Positions 1-8,090 are shown, counted from the stretch's first letter. The stretch is 32,000 nucleotides of DNA from Clostridia bacterium (GCA_036660635.1 JAVXAF010000002.1:1-32000); one strand, 5' to 3'. A program made the numbers and translations. Notes: a model not told the origin generated them from the sequence alone.

Positions 1-58
1 ATTATTCTCTTAAACCAAGAGTATTTGTATTTATTCAGCCTAACTATACAAAAAACGG

Positions 59-90
59 CATAATAAAAGAGCTATATTTCTATAACTCTT
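59..90 (-). terminator. Rho-independent terminator downstream of the minus-strand gene pair 115..1079
   Basis: On the minus strand: AAGAGTTATA-GAAA-TATAGCTCTT, a 10 bp stem with one G.U pair, running into TTTTATTAT. Confidence 0.5.
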
Positions 91-114
91 ATTAACTTAT
101 TTATTCAATTTAAA

Positions 115-336
115 CTACAGTTTATCTTTTACAGCCCTATAATTTATATTATTTATATCTATATCTCGTTTTGGACAATCATATTTTTTAGCATAACAAT
201 ATTCTTTTGGTCTTTCGCCATAAACTTTACATTTACCATTGGCAATATAGTTTGAACATGCTTTACATACAGGTGTTATAACTTCGAAATATGGGTCGTT
301 TTCAATACTCATACTATTACTTATTTCTCTTTTCAT
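115..336 (-). CDS. Small Cys-rich protein (73 aa), possibly zinc-binding; function unknown
   Basis: The ATG overlaps the upstream stop as ATGA (333..336). A GGAGG Shine-Dalgarno (344..348) lies 7 nt upstream. The protein has five Cys, including CKAC. Confidence 0.6.
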   Translation of the reverse strand: MKREISNSMSIENDPYFEVITPVCKACSNYIANGKCKVYGERPKEYCYAKKYDCPKRDIDINNINYRAVKDKL

Positions 337-1079
337 TCTAATACCTCCATTTCAAAATAATATTTACCATCCTTATAATTAGTTTTGGTTACAAAAAAGT
401 TTGTATCTCTTTTCAATAATACTTCATCCTGATATTTATACTTATTTACCGCATAATCTTTAATACTTAATGCCCCGTCAAATGCTTTTGGTACTTTTAT
501 TTGCATTATAATATTTCTACCTTGCTCTTCTGGTTTAATTTTACTCGTTGATATAAAGACACTATCCTTTATTATAGTTTCACTTAAATTCATTATAACT
601 TTATGAGATACATTAATACTATTTTCAAATCCAACAAAGTTTTGTATAATTCCACCTCTATATACAATTATATCTTCCTCCAGTGGATGTGATTTATTTA
701 TGGCGCTATCTAGTATATTAATTTTTTCTTGTATTAAAGGTGTTATATTGTTTGTTCTTATGGCTTTATTAATTTTGGTAGCATTAAATCCTGTATAATC
801 TTTTATAGTATCTTTTTCCTCATCTGTTAATTCTAATTCATCTTCAAATACTGGTAGTGTTGTACTTCTACAAAATGGATGCATTGGTGGGTAATTGTTA
901 CCAGTTCGAGCAGATTCTACTTTAAATACCTTACCATTTAAATTTTTACAAATTTCAGATGTTCTATTATCCAAATAAGCAGAATATCTATAATAAATTA
1001 TACCATCATCTTTATATGATTGCAACTCTGCAAAAATAAGACTTGCAAAAAGAGGAGAAATTTTAAATATTGTTGCCAT
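333..1079 (-). CDS. 5'-truncated phage head-morphogenesis (Mu F / SPP1 gp7-like) domain fused to an ADP-ribosyltransferase domain
   Basis: The N-terminal part carries DNRTSEICKNLNGKVF...PPMHPFCRS, the C-terminal half of the Mu-F motif. The C-terminal part carries the ART triad: VYRG (R), FISTS (STS) and YQDEVLLKRD (Q-x-E ARTT loop). No Shine-Dalgarno precedes ATG 1079, and the N-terminal half of the Mu-F domain is missing. Confidence 0.65.
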   Translation of the reverse strand: MATIFKISPLFASLIFAELQSYKDDGIIYYRYSAYLDNRTSEICKNLNGKVFKVESARTGNNYPPMHPFCRSTTLPVFEDELELTDEEKDTIKDYTGFNATKINKAIRTNNITPLIQEKINILDSAINKSHPLEEDIIVYRGGIIQNFVGFENSINVSHKVIMNLSETIIKDSVFISTSKIKPEEQGRNIIMQIKVPKAFDGALSIKDYAVNKYKYQDEVLLKRDTNFFVTKTNYKDGKYYFEMEVLE

Positions 1080-1191
1080 AGAAAATAGATTTTTAAAGTT
1101 GGCAGATGGGACCTATTTTAAGATATGTTTGCTTGGGGGAATTTTTAAGTAAAATATAGTAAAAAATAGGAAAAATGGGTAAAAATAAAAT

Positions 1192-1231
1192 AAAAAAATA
1201 TCAAGCCAATCTTTAATGAAAAGCTTGATAT
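1192..1231 (-). terminator. Terminator of the tRNA operon
   Basis: A 9 bp stem (ATATCAAGC / GCTTGATAT) with a 16 nt loop lies 14 nt past the tRNA-Thr 3' end. A T-run follows on the minus strand (A-run 1192..1198 on plus). Confidence 0.55.
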
Positions 1232-1244
1232 TTTACTTTTAACT

Positions 1245-1320
1245 TGGAGCTGAGAGTCGGATTCGAACTGACGACCTGCGGTTTACAAGACCGCTGCTCT
1301 ACCAACTGAGCTATCCCAGC
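1245..1320 (-). tRNA. tRNA-Thr (anticodon UGU)
   Basis: The reverse complement reads GCTGGGATAGCTCAGTTGGTAGAGCAGCGGTCTTGTAAACCGCAGGTCGTCAGTTCGAATCCGACTCTCAGCTCCA. It folds as a cloverleaf with anticodon loop CTTGTAA and an encoded CCA. Confidence 0.93.
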
Positions 1321-1334
1321 ATTTGCAATTCATA

Positions 1335-1409
1335 TGGTGACCCGTGGGAGAGTCGAACTCCCCACTCCGCCGTGAAAGGGCGATGTCTTAACCGATTGAC
1401 CAACGGGCC
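1335..1409 (-). tRNA. tRNA-Glu (anticodon UUC)
   Basis: The reverse complement reads GGCCCGTTGGTCAATCGGTTAAGACATCGCCCTTTCACGGCGGAGTGGGGAGTTCGACTCTCCCACGGGTCACCA. The anticodon loop is CTTTCAC and CCA is encoded. Confidence 0.93.
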
Positions 1410-1412
1410 TAG

Positions 1413-1488
1413 TGGTGAGCTATCCGCGATTCGAACGCGGGACAACTTGATTAAAAGTCAAGTGCTCTGCCAGCTGAGCTAATAGCCC
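1413..1488 (-). tRNA. tRNA-Lys (anticodon UUU)
   Basis: The reverse complement reads GGGCTATTAGCTCAGCTGGCAGAGCACTTGACTTTTAATCAAGTTGTCCCGCGTTCGAATCGCGGATAGCTCACCA. The anticodon loop is CTTTTAA and CCA is encoded. Confidence 0.93.
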
Positions 1489-1508
1489 ACAAAATGGATT
1501 GCTCATAT

Positions 1509-1537
1509 ATAATACAATAATATTGGGTAAAAGTCAA
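1509..1537 (-). promoter_or_regulatory. Sigma-A type promoter of the tRNA Lys-Glu-Thr operon
   Basis: The minus strand reads TTGACT-17 nt-TATTAT, ending about 20 nt upstream of the tRNA-Lys 5' end. A second copy of TATTGACTTTT lies 22 bp further upstream. Confidence 0.6.
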
Positions 1538-1645
1538 TACTTTTAATTAAAAAAGTCAATAAATATAGTACAAATGAAAAATAGCAAATAAAAATGTCGA
1601 AAAACATAGGGTTTTATCTATATTTGTAAGATAATAGTATATTAA

Positions 1646-1674
1646 TTGACATTATGTAAATGCAATGCTAAAAT
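1646..1674 (+). promoter_or_regulatory. Near-consensus sigma-A promoter of the T4SS-like operon
   Basis: TTGACA (1646..1651), 17 nt spacer, TAAAAT (1669..1674). GGTGA (Shine-Dalgarno) lies at 1681..1685 and the ATG at 1693. Confidence 0.6.
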
Positions 1675-1692
1675 AATTTTGGTGATCGCAAA

Positions 1693-3534
1693 ATGTTTTT
1701 TATCTTTGAGTTTTTTGTCTATATAATTTATTTTATTCTTAAGCTATATTCCATTGTAGACAAATATTATATATTTTCTAGTTCGGGGAGCAAGCTGAGA
1801 AAATATATAGAAAAAGATCTGCAAAATGTAGCTAGCAATTTGAGCTTACATAATTTTATATTTTTCCCTTTTAGAAAATTTTTATCTAAAATGCGATCAC
1901 AAAAGGTATATAGGCAGTATTTAATTAAACTGCTTATATACTTAGTTATAATTAATATAAAAATTTTGATTTCATATGATTTTTTATTCGCAAATTTTTT
2001 TTCAATACAGTTATTCAAAAAAAATATTGATATTATTTCTTTTTTTGGTAAGTATTCATTATTTTTAAAAGTAATATATTTATTCTTATTTTCATTTTTA
2101 GTCATAAACTTTATAAATAAAGTATATAAAAGCATAACAAAATTTAAAAAATATCCTGAAAGTAATATTATAGAATTAAATCCTGAAAGAAATATATATT
2201 TAGGCAATAATAATGAGGTGGTTTTTAAAAAAGAAGGTCTTTTTCAAAATATTTTAATAACAGGAAGTATTGGCAGTGGAAAAACTAGTTCGGCCATTTC
2301 TAATCTTTTGTATCAGTTACTTAGCTCTAGTATGTGTGGATTAATTATAGATATAAAAGGAACTTATAAAAATATACTAAAACAGATGATTGAAAAATTA
2401 AATTTAGATATTAAAGTAAAAGAAATTTCTTTAGACAATGAGTTTGTGTATAATCCTATTGATAGGAATGATTTAAGTAGTAGTGAAATAGCAAGTAGGT
2501 TAAAAAAAGTTTTGGAACTTGTTTCAAGAAATAATAATTCCGATTCGTACTGGTTAGATAAAGCTAAAGGTTATATATCTGATTTTATAACAATTATCAG
2601 AGTAACAAACAAATATGTGGATTTTTTAAAACTTCATGAGATTATTATAAATGAAAAAATATTAAAAGAAACTTTATTAAGTGTTAAAAATAAAGTATTA
2701 AATAATAAGTTTTCTGATGAAGATCTGTTTAAAATAAATAATGCACTTGGTAATTTGAAAAATGAATTTTTGAATTTAGATGAAAGAACCAAAAATATAA
2801 TTAAATCAGAAATAACAAGAATAACATCACCATTTGTAAGTGACTATAATTTATACAACAAATTTTGTGGAAAATCTGAAAATATAGATTTTTCTACTGA
2901 ATTAGTGATTTTATCAATAGATATAGGTAAAAACGAAGAAATAGCAAAAATTATAGCAACATATATCAAATTAGAATTTCAAAAATTTGTTCTTTCACAA
3001 GAAGGACCTAAAAAAGAAATGTTTTTTGTATGTGATGAATATCAAAGCGTAGCTAATGAAAATGATGCTGATTTTTTTTCTATTTCTAGAGAATTCAAAT
3101 GTATAAATATTATTAGTATGCAAAGCTATAGTTCTCTAAATAATACATTGGTAAATCAAAATGCTGCAAAAACAATAATTCAAAATTTAGTAAATAAAAT
3201 TTGGTTTAGAAATGATGATGTGTATACTGTAAGAGAAATAATAAATCAAATAGGGAAGGAAACCCACAAGGTAAAATCAATTGGCTATAGTGAAAACAGC
3301 TATAATTCTAAATATAATGCACTTAATAAGAATTTTAAAGATATAAAATCTGGACTTACACAAAGTTACAGTATAAATGAAAAAGTTGAATATAAATTTA
3401 ATGAAGAATATCTTACATTACAGTTAAAAGCTTTTGAGGCAGTTATACTATGCAGTGATGGGAAGAGTATGAAATTATTTAGTAAAGTAAAATTAAAGAG
3501 GTGGGATGAAAATGAAAGATCTATTAAAAAATAA
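1693..3534 (+). CDS. Type IV secretion coupling protein-like ATPase (TraD/TrwB/VirD4 superfamily), divergent
   Basis: The N-terminal region is hydrophobic and looks like TM segments. It is followed by Walker A ILITGSIGSGKTS, then IIDIKG, SYWLDKA, Walker B FFVCDEYQ, and the MQSYSSL..IWFRNDD..T motif order typical of T4CPs. The exact start is uncertain. Confidence 0.65.
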   Translation: MFFIFEFFVYIIYFILKLYSIVDKYYIFSSSGSKLRKYIEKDLQNVASNLSLHNFIFFPFRKFLSKMRSQKVYRQYLIKLLIYLVIINIKILISYDFLFANFFSIQLFKKNIDIISFFGKYSLFLKVIYLFLFSFLVINFINKVYKSITKFKKYPESNIIELNPERNIYLGNNNEVVFKKEGLFQNILITGSIGSGKTSSAISNLLYQLLSSSMCGLIIDIKGTYKNILKQMIEKLNLDIKVKEISLDNEFVYNPIDRNDLSSSEIASRLKKVLELVSRNNNSDSYWLDKAKGYISDFITIIRVTNKYVDFLKLHEIIINEKILKETLLSVKNKVLNNKFSDEDLFKINNALGNLKNEFLNLDERTKNIIKSEITRITSPFVSDYNLYNKFCGKSENIDFSTELVILSIDIGKNEEIAKIIATYIKLEFQKFVLSQEGPKKEMFFVCDEYQSVANENDADFFSISREFKCINIISMQSYSSLNNTLVNQNAAKTIIQNLVNKIWFRNDDVYTVREIINQIGKETHKVKSIGYSENSYNSKYNALNKNFKDIKSGLTQSYSINEKVEYKFNEEYLTLQLKAFEAVILCSDGKSMKLFSKVKLKRWDENERSIKK

Positions 3535-3850
3535 AAATAAAATGATTTTGGTATTTGTGATAGCTATTATTATTAGTGTTTTTATGACTAATATTTATGC
3601 TGCGTCTCAAGAACCAATTCTTGTAAATAAAATAAATTTGGCGCTAAAAAAAATACAAGGCTATCTTGTTAAAATATCAGCTCCAGCAGCTGGAGTTGCA
3701 ATAGCTTCGGGGGTTTTAATAAGAAAATTAAGCTTTGGGAGTGAAGAAAAAATGGTTATTGGCAGAAAAATAATAATAAATGCAATTGTAGGGTATGCAA
3801 TAATTATTTCAATTGACATAATAATAAAATTTATAAATACTTTAATATAA
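3506..3850 (+). CDS. Small secreted/membrane protein with VirB2/TrbC pilin-like architecture
   Basis: A signal peptide ends in IYA/AS and two hydrophobic helices follow. The start overlaps the T4CP stop. GAGGTG (3498..3503) serves ATG 3506 or the in-frame ATG 3512. The call rests on architecture only. Confidence 0.4.
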   Translation: MKMKDLLKNKNKMILVFVIAIIISVFMTNIYAASQEPILVNKINLALKKIQGYLVKISAPAAGVAIASGVLIRKLSFGSEEKMVIGRKIIINAIVGYAIIISIDIIIKFINTLI

Positions 3851-3856
3851 GAAAAT

Positions 3857-4699
3857 ATGGATGCAAATAATATACTAGATAATATAAATACAATTGCAGA
3901 AAAACTATATAAATCTATTGAAATTGAAGTATATCCTATTTTGGATAAAATAGTAAATATTGGACCTAAAATTTTAAAAGAAGAGCCTCTTAAAAAAATT
4001 TTTTTTGAAAACAGAATAAATGGAATAACGGTAATAGCTAATTCATTAATATTGCTTTTTTTAATGTATTATATATGCACACAGTTACTAAGTATATATA
4101 ATGGAAATAAGGCAGATAACATTTTAATGTTTATAGTTAAAATAGTAATAATAAGTATTGTTATAAATAATTCTTATTATATTTGCTCTGAAATTTTAAA
4201 TATCTTTGAACTTTTTTCAAATGCCATAGATGAGGTTATTTTCAAGTCTATTGGAAAAGAGGCAACTTTTAATGAACTTAAAGAAATTATAATAAATATT
4301 AAAGATATATTAAATTCGGATTATATTAGCTTAGAGGGTATAATTAAAGGAATTCTTTCTTTTGGAAGCGTTACTGTACTTATAAATTTTGCAATTAGAT
4401 ATGTGACAATAATTTTTTTAATAATTATTTCTCCGATTGGACTTGCTTGTATGGCTAGCGAGTTGACACAGGAGTTTTCAAAGACATGGTTTAAACTATT
4501 TATTTCTAATTTATTAATTCAAATAATTGTAAAAATTATAATTTTTATACCTTTAGCTTTTAGTAAAACTAGCGATATCATATATAAAGTTATATTGGTA
4601 GGAGCTATATATATGATATACAGAATTAACAATTTTGCAAAAGAAATAACAAGTAAATTTGTTTCAACAAAATCAAAAACAAATATTTTCAGAGGGTGA
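3857..4699 (+). CDS. Polytopic membrane protein, VirB6/TrbL-like by architecture and position
   Basis: 280 aa with about 5-6 predicted hydrophobic helices. The gene starts 7 nt after the upstream stop. No catalytic motifs were seen. Confidence 0.35.
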   Translation: MDANNILDNINTIAEKLYKSIEIEVYPILDKIVNIGPKILKEEPLKKIFFENRINGITVIANSLILLFLMYYICTQLLSIYNGNKADNILMFIVKIVIISIVINNSYYICSEILNIFELFSNAIDEVIFKSIGKEATFNELKEIIINIKDILNSDYISLEGIIKGILSFGSVTVLINFAIRYVTIIFLIIISPIGLACMASELTQEFSKTWFKLFISNLLIQIIVKIIIFIPLAFSKTSDIIYKVILVGAIYMIYRINNFAKEITSKFVSTKSKTNIFRG

Positions 4700-4702
4700 T
4701 AT

Positions 4703-5029
4703 ATGATAGATAAAAAAGTAAGAGTATATATGAACTATAAAAGAAAAAATAAATGGCTTGGGATAATAGAGTATAAATCTTTGAGTGCTTTTTTAATATA
4801 TTCATTTATAGTTGGAGCTATTATTAATTTACTTCCAATTTGCTTTGAATGGTCAGTATATATTTTCCTGTTTTTAGTATTTCCTCTTTTAGGACTTTTG
4901 CTAGTTAATGTTAATGGAAATGATATACTAGATATGATTAATGATATATTTTCTTTCAATAAAATAAAAGGAATTTACGTTAAAAATGTACAAAGTGTAA
5001 AAAAATTTAAAAAAATAGTATATAAATAA
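4703..5029 (+). CDS. Small two-TM protein, VirB3 / TcpE / PrgI-like
   Basis: 108 aa with a basic N-terminus (KRKNKWLGIIEYKSL), then two adjacent hydrophobic helices. An AGAGGGTGA Shine-Dalgarno overlaps the upstream stop. In Gram-positive T4SS loci this is the position normally followed by VirB4. Confidence 0.4.
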   Translation: MIDKKVRVYMNYKRKNKWLGIIEYKSLSAFLIYSFIVGAIINLLPICFEWSVYIFLFLVFPLLGLLLVNVNGNDILDMINDIFSFNKIKGIYVKNVQSVKKFKKIVYK

Positions 5030-5072
5030 TAATAAAATCAAATTTAATGAGAATTCATTTTGATTAAATGTA

Positions 5073-5101
5073 TTGTAAATTATAAAAAACAATGATATAA
5101 T
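5073..5101 (+). promoter_or_regulatory. Sigma-A promoter of the dnaD-like/dnaI-like pair
   Basis: TTGTAA-17 nt-TATAAT. A GTGGGAG Shine-Dalgarno lies 9 nt before ATG 5136. Confidence 0.5.
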
Positions 5102-5135
5102 TAAGTCCAACATATAAAAGTGGGAGAATTGTTTT

Positions 5136-6086
5136 ATGAAAATACAAAGAAAAGATAAAATGGAACTTTGCGATACTGAAGTATCAGATTTGTTTATATT
5201 AAATTATATGAGTACTTTAGAAGAAAATGATGTTAAAGTATATATGTATATGCTTTTTTTATCTCAAAAAAATATTGAAATGGAAAAGTCTACAATTGCT
5301 AAAAAAGCAGGAATATCTGAGCAAGAGTTAGAAATTGCTTTTGATAGACTCCAATTAGAATCTCTTATTACAAAAACAACTCAAGGATATATAATAACTG
5401 ATCTAAAAGAAGTAGAAATAAACAAAACATATATTCCAAAAATTGAACCTAAGAAAACAAAAAATCAAACAGACCAAGAAAGGAAAAGAATAGCTGCCGC
5501 AACCGCAATAAATGAAAGTTTCTTTCAAGGAATAATGTCACTAGGCTGGTATACTGATATAAGTACAATGTTTGAAAATTATATGTTTTCTGAAGAAGTA
5601 ATGATTGCACTATTTCATTATTGCCAAGAAAGAAAAGCGTTAAATAAAAAATATGTTCATGCGGTTGCAGAAACATGGTATAAAGGTGAAGTTAAAACCT
5701 TCGAACAATTAGAGGAATTTTTAGAAAACTATGATAAAATAATTAAAATAAAACAAAAAATATGTAAAGCTTTGAGAATAAACAGAAACTTTACAAAATA
5801 TGAAGAACAATATATTGATGTATGGATAAAAGACTTTGGATATGATTTTGAAATGATAGAGGAAGCTTTAAAAAGAACCGTGTCTAAGTCAAATCCAAGT
5901 ATAAATTATGTTAATGGCATTTTATCTAATTGGAATAAAAAAGGATTTAAATCGCCAAAAGATTTAGAAAAAGAAGTAAAACCTACTAAAAGTATAACTG
6001 ATAGTGGGGCAAAGACTAAGGTAAAATATCAAAACTATGAGCAAAGAAATTATGAAGATTTAGAATCATTTTATGATAATATGTAG
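5136..6086 (+). CDS. DnaD/DnaB(Firmicutes)-type replication initiation / helicase-loading protein
   Basis: The C-terminal DnaB_2/DnaD signature is ...SNPSINYVNGILSNWNKKGFKSPKDL. An earlier related repeat reads KKYVHAVAETWYKGEVKTFEQL. The N-terminus is winged-helix-like. Confidence 0.75.
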   Translation: MKIQRKDKMELCDTEVSDLFILNYMSTLEENDVKVYMYMLFLSQKNIEMEKSTIAKKAGISEQELEIAFDRLQLESLITKTTQGYIITDLKEVEINKTYIPKIEPKKTKNQTDQERKRIAAATAINESFFQGIMSLGWYTDISTMFENYMFSEEVMIALFHYCQERKALNKKYVHAVAETWYKGEVKTFEQLEEFLENYDKIIKIKQKICKALRINRNFTKYEEQYIDVWIKDFGYDFEMIEEALKRTVSKSNPSINYVNGILSNWNKKGFKSPKDLEKEVKPTKSITDSGAKTKVKYQNYEQRNYEDLESFYDNM

Positions 6087-6106
6087 TATTAGAAGGGGTG
6101 AGTAAT

Positions 6107-7120
6107 TTGGATAATGATTTATACAGAAAATTAAAAAGGCAATATGATATTAAAAAACAAATAGCAGTTGATAAAGCAAATGTTAAAAAGAAAAAAATAT
6201 ATGAAGAAAATCCAAAATTACAAGAAATAGAAGACCAAATTAATGGACTTGCATTAGATATCACTAAAAAGATATTAAATTCAGATAAGATAACAAGGCA
6301 AATAGAACAAGAAAATATGAGTATGAAACTTTCTAAATTGAGTGATAAACTAGATAGTGAATTTAAAAAAATTAATATAAAAAAAGAAAGCTTAAAACCA
6401 ATATTTGAATGTGAAACTTGTCAAGATACTGGATTTGTAACAAAAGATGGTCAAACAAAGCAATGTAATTGCTTCTTACAAGCACTTATAAATGAAACGT
6501 ATAAACAATCCAATGTAACAAAATTAGAGGAAGAAAATTTTTCTACATTTGATATTGGATTTTATGCAAAAACTCCAAATAAACAAAAGTATGGAATTGA
6601 AAAATCCCCTTTAGAAAACATAGAACAAATAAAAAATATATCATATGAATTTTCTAAAAATATATACAAAAAAGATCAAAAAAATTTACTTTTTATCGGT
6701 AATACAGGCTTAGGTAAAACATTTTTGGCCAACTGTATAGCTGCCGAGGTTATAAATAGTGGAAAAACTGTTATTTATCAAACAGCACCGGTTTTAATGG
6801 ATAAAATTATTACGTATAAATTTTCATATGATAAAAAAGATATAGAAAAAGATCAATATAACAAAATATTTGATGTTGACTTACTTATAATTGATGATCT
6901 TGGAACAGAGACGATGACTAATAATAAGTTTACAGAACTATTTAATATAATTAATACAAGGTTATTACGAAATAAGAAAATAATAATATCTACTAATTTA
7001 ACTTTAAATGAATTATATAAGCAATATGATGAAAGAGTTATATCAAGGCTTATTGGAAACTTTACAATATGTAAATTTGTAGGAGACGATATCAGGCTAA
7101 AGAAAAAAAGAATTAATTAA
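6107..7120 (+). CDS. DnaI/DnaC-type helicase loader AAA+ ATPase
   Basis: Walker A is GNTGLGKTFLANCIA and Walker B is LLIIDDLGTE. A Cys cluster CETCQDTG..CNC lies upstream of the AAA+ domain. The ORF opens at GTG 6098, but the AGAAGGGG Shine-Dalgarno (6091..6098) fits the in-frame TTG at 6107 better. Confidence 0.85.
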   Translation: MDNDLYRKLKRQYDIKKQIAVDKANVKKKKIYEENPKLQEIEDQINGLALDITKKILNSDKITRQIEQENMSMKLSKLSDKLDSEFKKINIKKESLKPIFECETCQDTGFVTKDGQTKQCNCFLQALINETYKQSNVTKLEEENFSTFDIGFYAKTPNKQKYGIEKSPLENIEQIKNISYEFSKNIYKKDQKNLLFIGNTGLGKTFLANCIAAEVINSGKTVIYQTAPVLMDKIITYKFSYDKKDIEKDQYNKIFDVDLLIIDDLGTETMTNNKFTELFNIINTRLLRNKKIIISTNLTLNELYKQYDERVISRLIGNFTICKFVGDDIRLKKKRIN

Positions 7121-7124
7121 AAAT

Positions 7125-7158
7125 AAAAAAAGAGAATTAAATTTCTCTTTTTTCTTTT
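7125..7158. terminator. Bidirectional terminator between the convergent dnaI-like and J-protein genes
   Basis: AAAGAGAA-TTAAA-TTCTCTTT stem-loop with T-runs on both strands. It overlaps the last codons of the minus-strand gene. Confidence 0.55.
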
Positions 7159-8090
7159 GCTTTTTCATCACGTTTTTTCTCTATTTTTAAAAGTTGTTCA
7201 TATAATTTTTCTTCACGCTCGGAAAGATTAAGCGGCATATCAATATGAATAATTAAAAGTAAGTTCCCTCTTGTCTTGTCTTCAGTAATATATCCTTTGG
7301 ATGGAACTGTTACTATTTGGTTATAAGACAGATGCTTGGGAAGAGTTATAAAAAGTTTTTCACCCATTACTATAAGCTTTTGCTTTCCACCTAAAGCAGC
7401 TATTGCAGGAGAAATAGTAATAGTTTTTTCTAAATCAATTCCATTTAATTTATATTCAGAGTTATTTAACAATTTCACATGTATTATAAGGTCACCATTT
7501 TTACCACCGTTTTTGCCTGGGTTTCCAAGAGCGGCCAGTCTGATTTTATCACCATTTTTAATTCCAATCGGTACATTAACAGAAAAAGTTTTCAATCCAG
7601 ATTTGTACGATTTTATTGCGATTTTTTTCTCTACACCAAAAAAGCCTTCTTCTAAAGTTACTTCTAAATGAGTTATTATATCTTTTCCTTTGACAGGCTT
7701 TTGCTTTATTTTTTTATCTTCTTTAGGTGCATTATTTATATCACCAAAGTTTTGTGCTTCATCTTTTTTAAATCCAAGTATAGTTGTAAGAAGATCGTTT
7801 ATAACGGTTACTCCGGATCTAAATTCATACTTAACATTTGACAAACTAGAATCTCCCGATACAATACCATATCCATATCTTGAAACTTGTCTATCATATT
7901 TACGTCTTTTTTCTTCATTTGTAAGTGTATTGTATGCTTCATTTATATCTTTGAATTTAGTTTCAGCCTCATTACCTTTATTTGTATCTGGGTGGTATTT
8001 TTTGGCCATTTTCCTATATGATAGCTTTATTTCTTCTTTAGAACTTCTTCTATTTACTCCAAGTATTTCATAATAGTTTTTGTATTTCAT
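7137..8090 (-). CDS. J-domain co-chaperone, CbpA-like (DnaJ class II, no zinc-finger region)
   Basis: The J domain reads YYEILGV...KKYHPDTNKG...AYNTLTNEEKRRKYD, followed by a DnaJ C-terminal substrate-binding fold. The CxxCxGxG repeats are absent. Confidence 0.85.
   Translation of the reverse strand: MKYKNYYEILGVNRRSSKEEIKLSYRKMAKKYHPDTNKGNEAETKFKDINEAYNTLTNEEKRRKYDRQVSRYGYGIVSGDSSLSNVKYEFRSGVTVINDLLTTILGFKKDEAQNFGDINNAPKEDKKIKQKPVKGKDIITHLEVTLEEGFFGVEKKIAIKSYKSGLKTFSVNVPIGIKNGDKIRLAALGNPGKNGGKNGDLIIHVKLLNNSEYKLNGIDLEKTITISPAIAALGGKQKLIVMGEKLFITLPKHLSYNQIVTVPSKGYITEDKTRGNLLLIIHIDMPLNLSEREEKLYEQLLKIEKKRDEKAKEKREI

Noticed and set aside
1092-1140. A relatively GC-rich patch (GGCAGATGGGACC...GCTTGGGGGA) between the ART gene and the tRNA terminator, considered as a possible tRNA fragment, att core or small RNA.
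   Set aside because: I could find no cloverleaf, no convincing stem-loop, and no repeat of it elsewhere in the window. The evidence is insufficient.
1767-2207. A 146-aa minus-strand ORF inside the 5' part of the T4CP-like gene. Similar antisense ORFs occur at 4735..4959, 4928..5113, 5449..5676 and 6016..6264.
   Set aside because: They lie antisense to better-supported genes, have no Shine-Dalgarno, and have low-complexity F/I/L/K-rich translations typical of shadow ORFs in AT-rich DNA.
5033-5068. A hairpin after the VirB3-like gene, considered as the operon terminator.
   Set aside because: The stem is interrupted by a 4 nt bulge and there is no U-tract. It is too weak to annotate as a feature.
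7336-8073. Two plus-strand ORFs (111 and 127 aa) opposite the J-protein gene.
   Set aside because: The minus-strand frame encodes an unmistakable J domain and DnaJ C-terminal domain. The plus-strand translations are S/F/L/P-rich mirror products.
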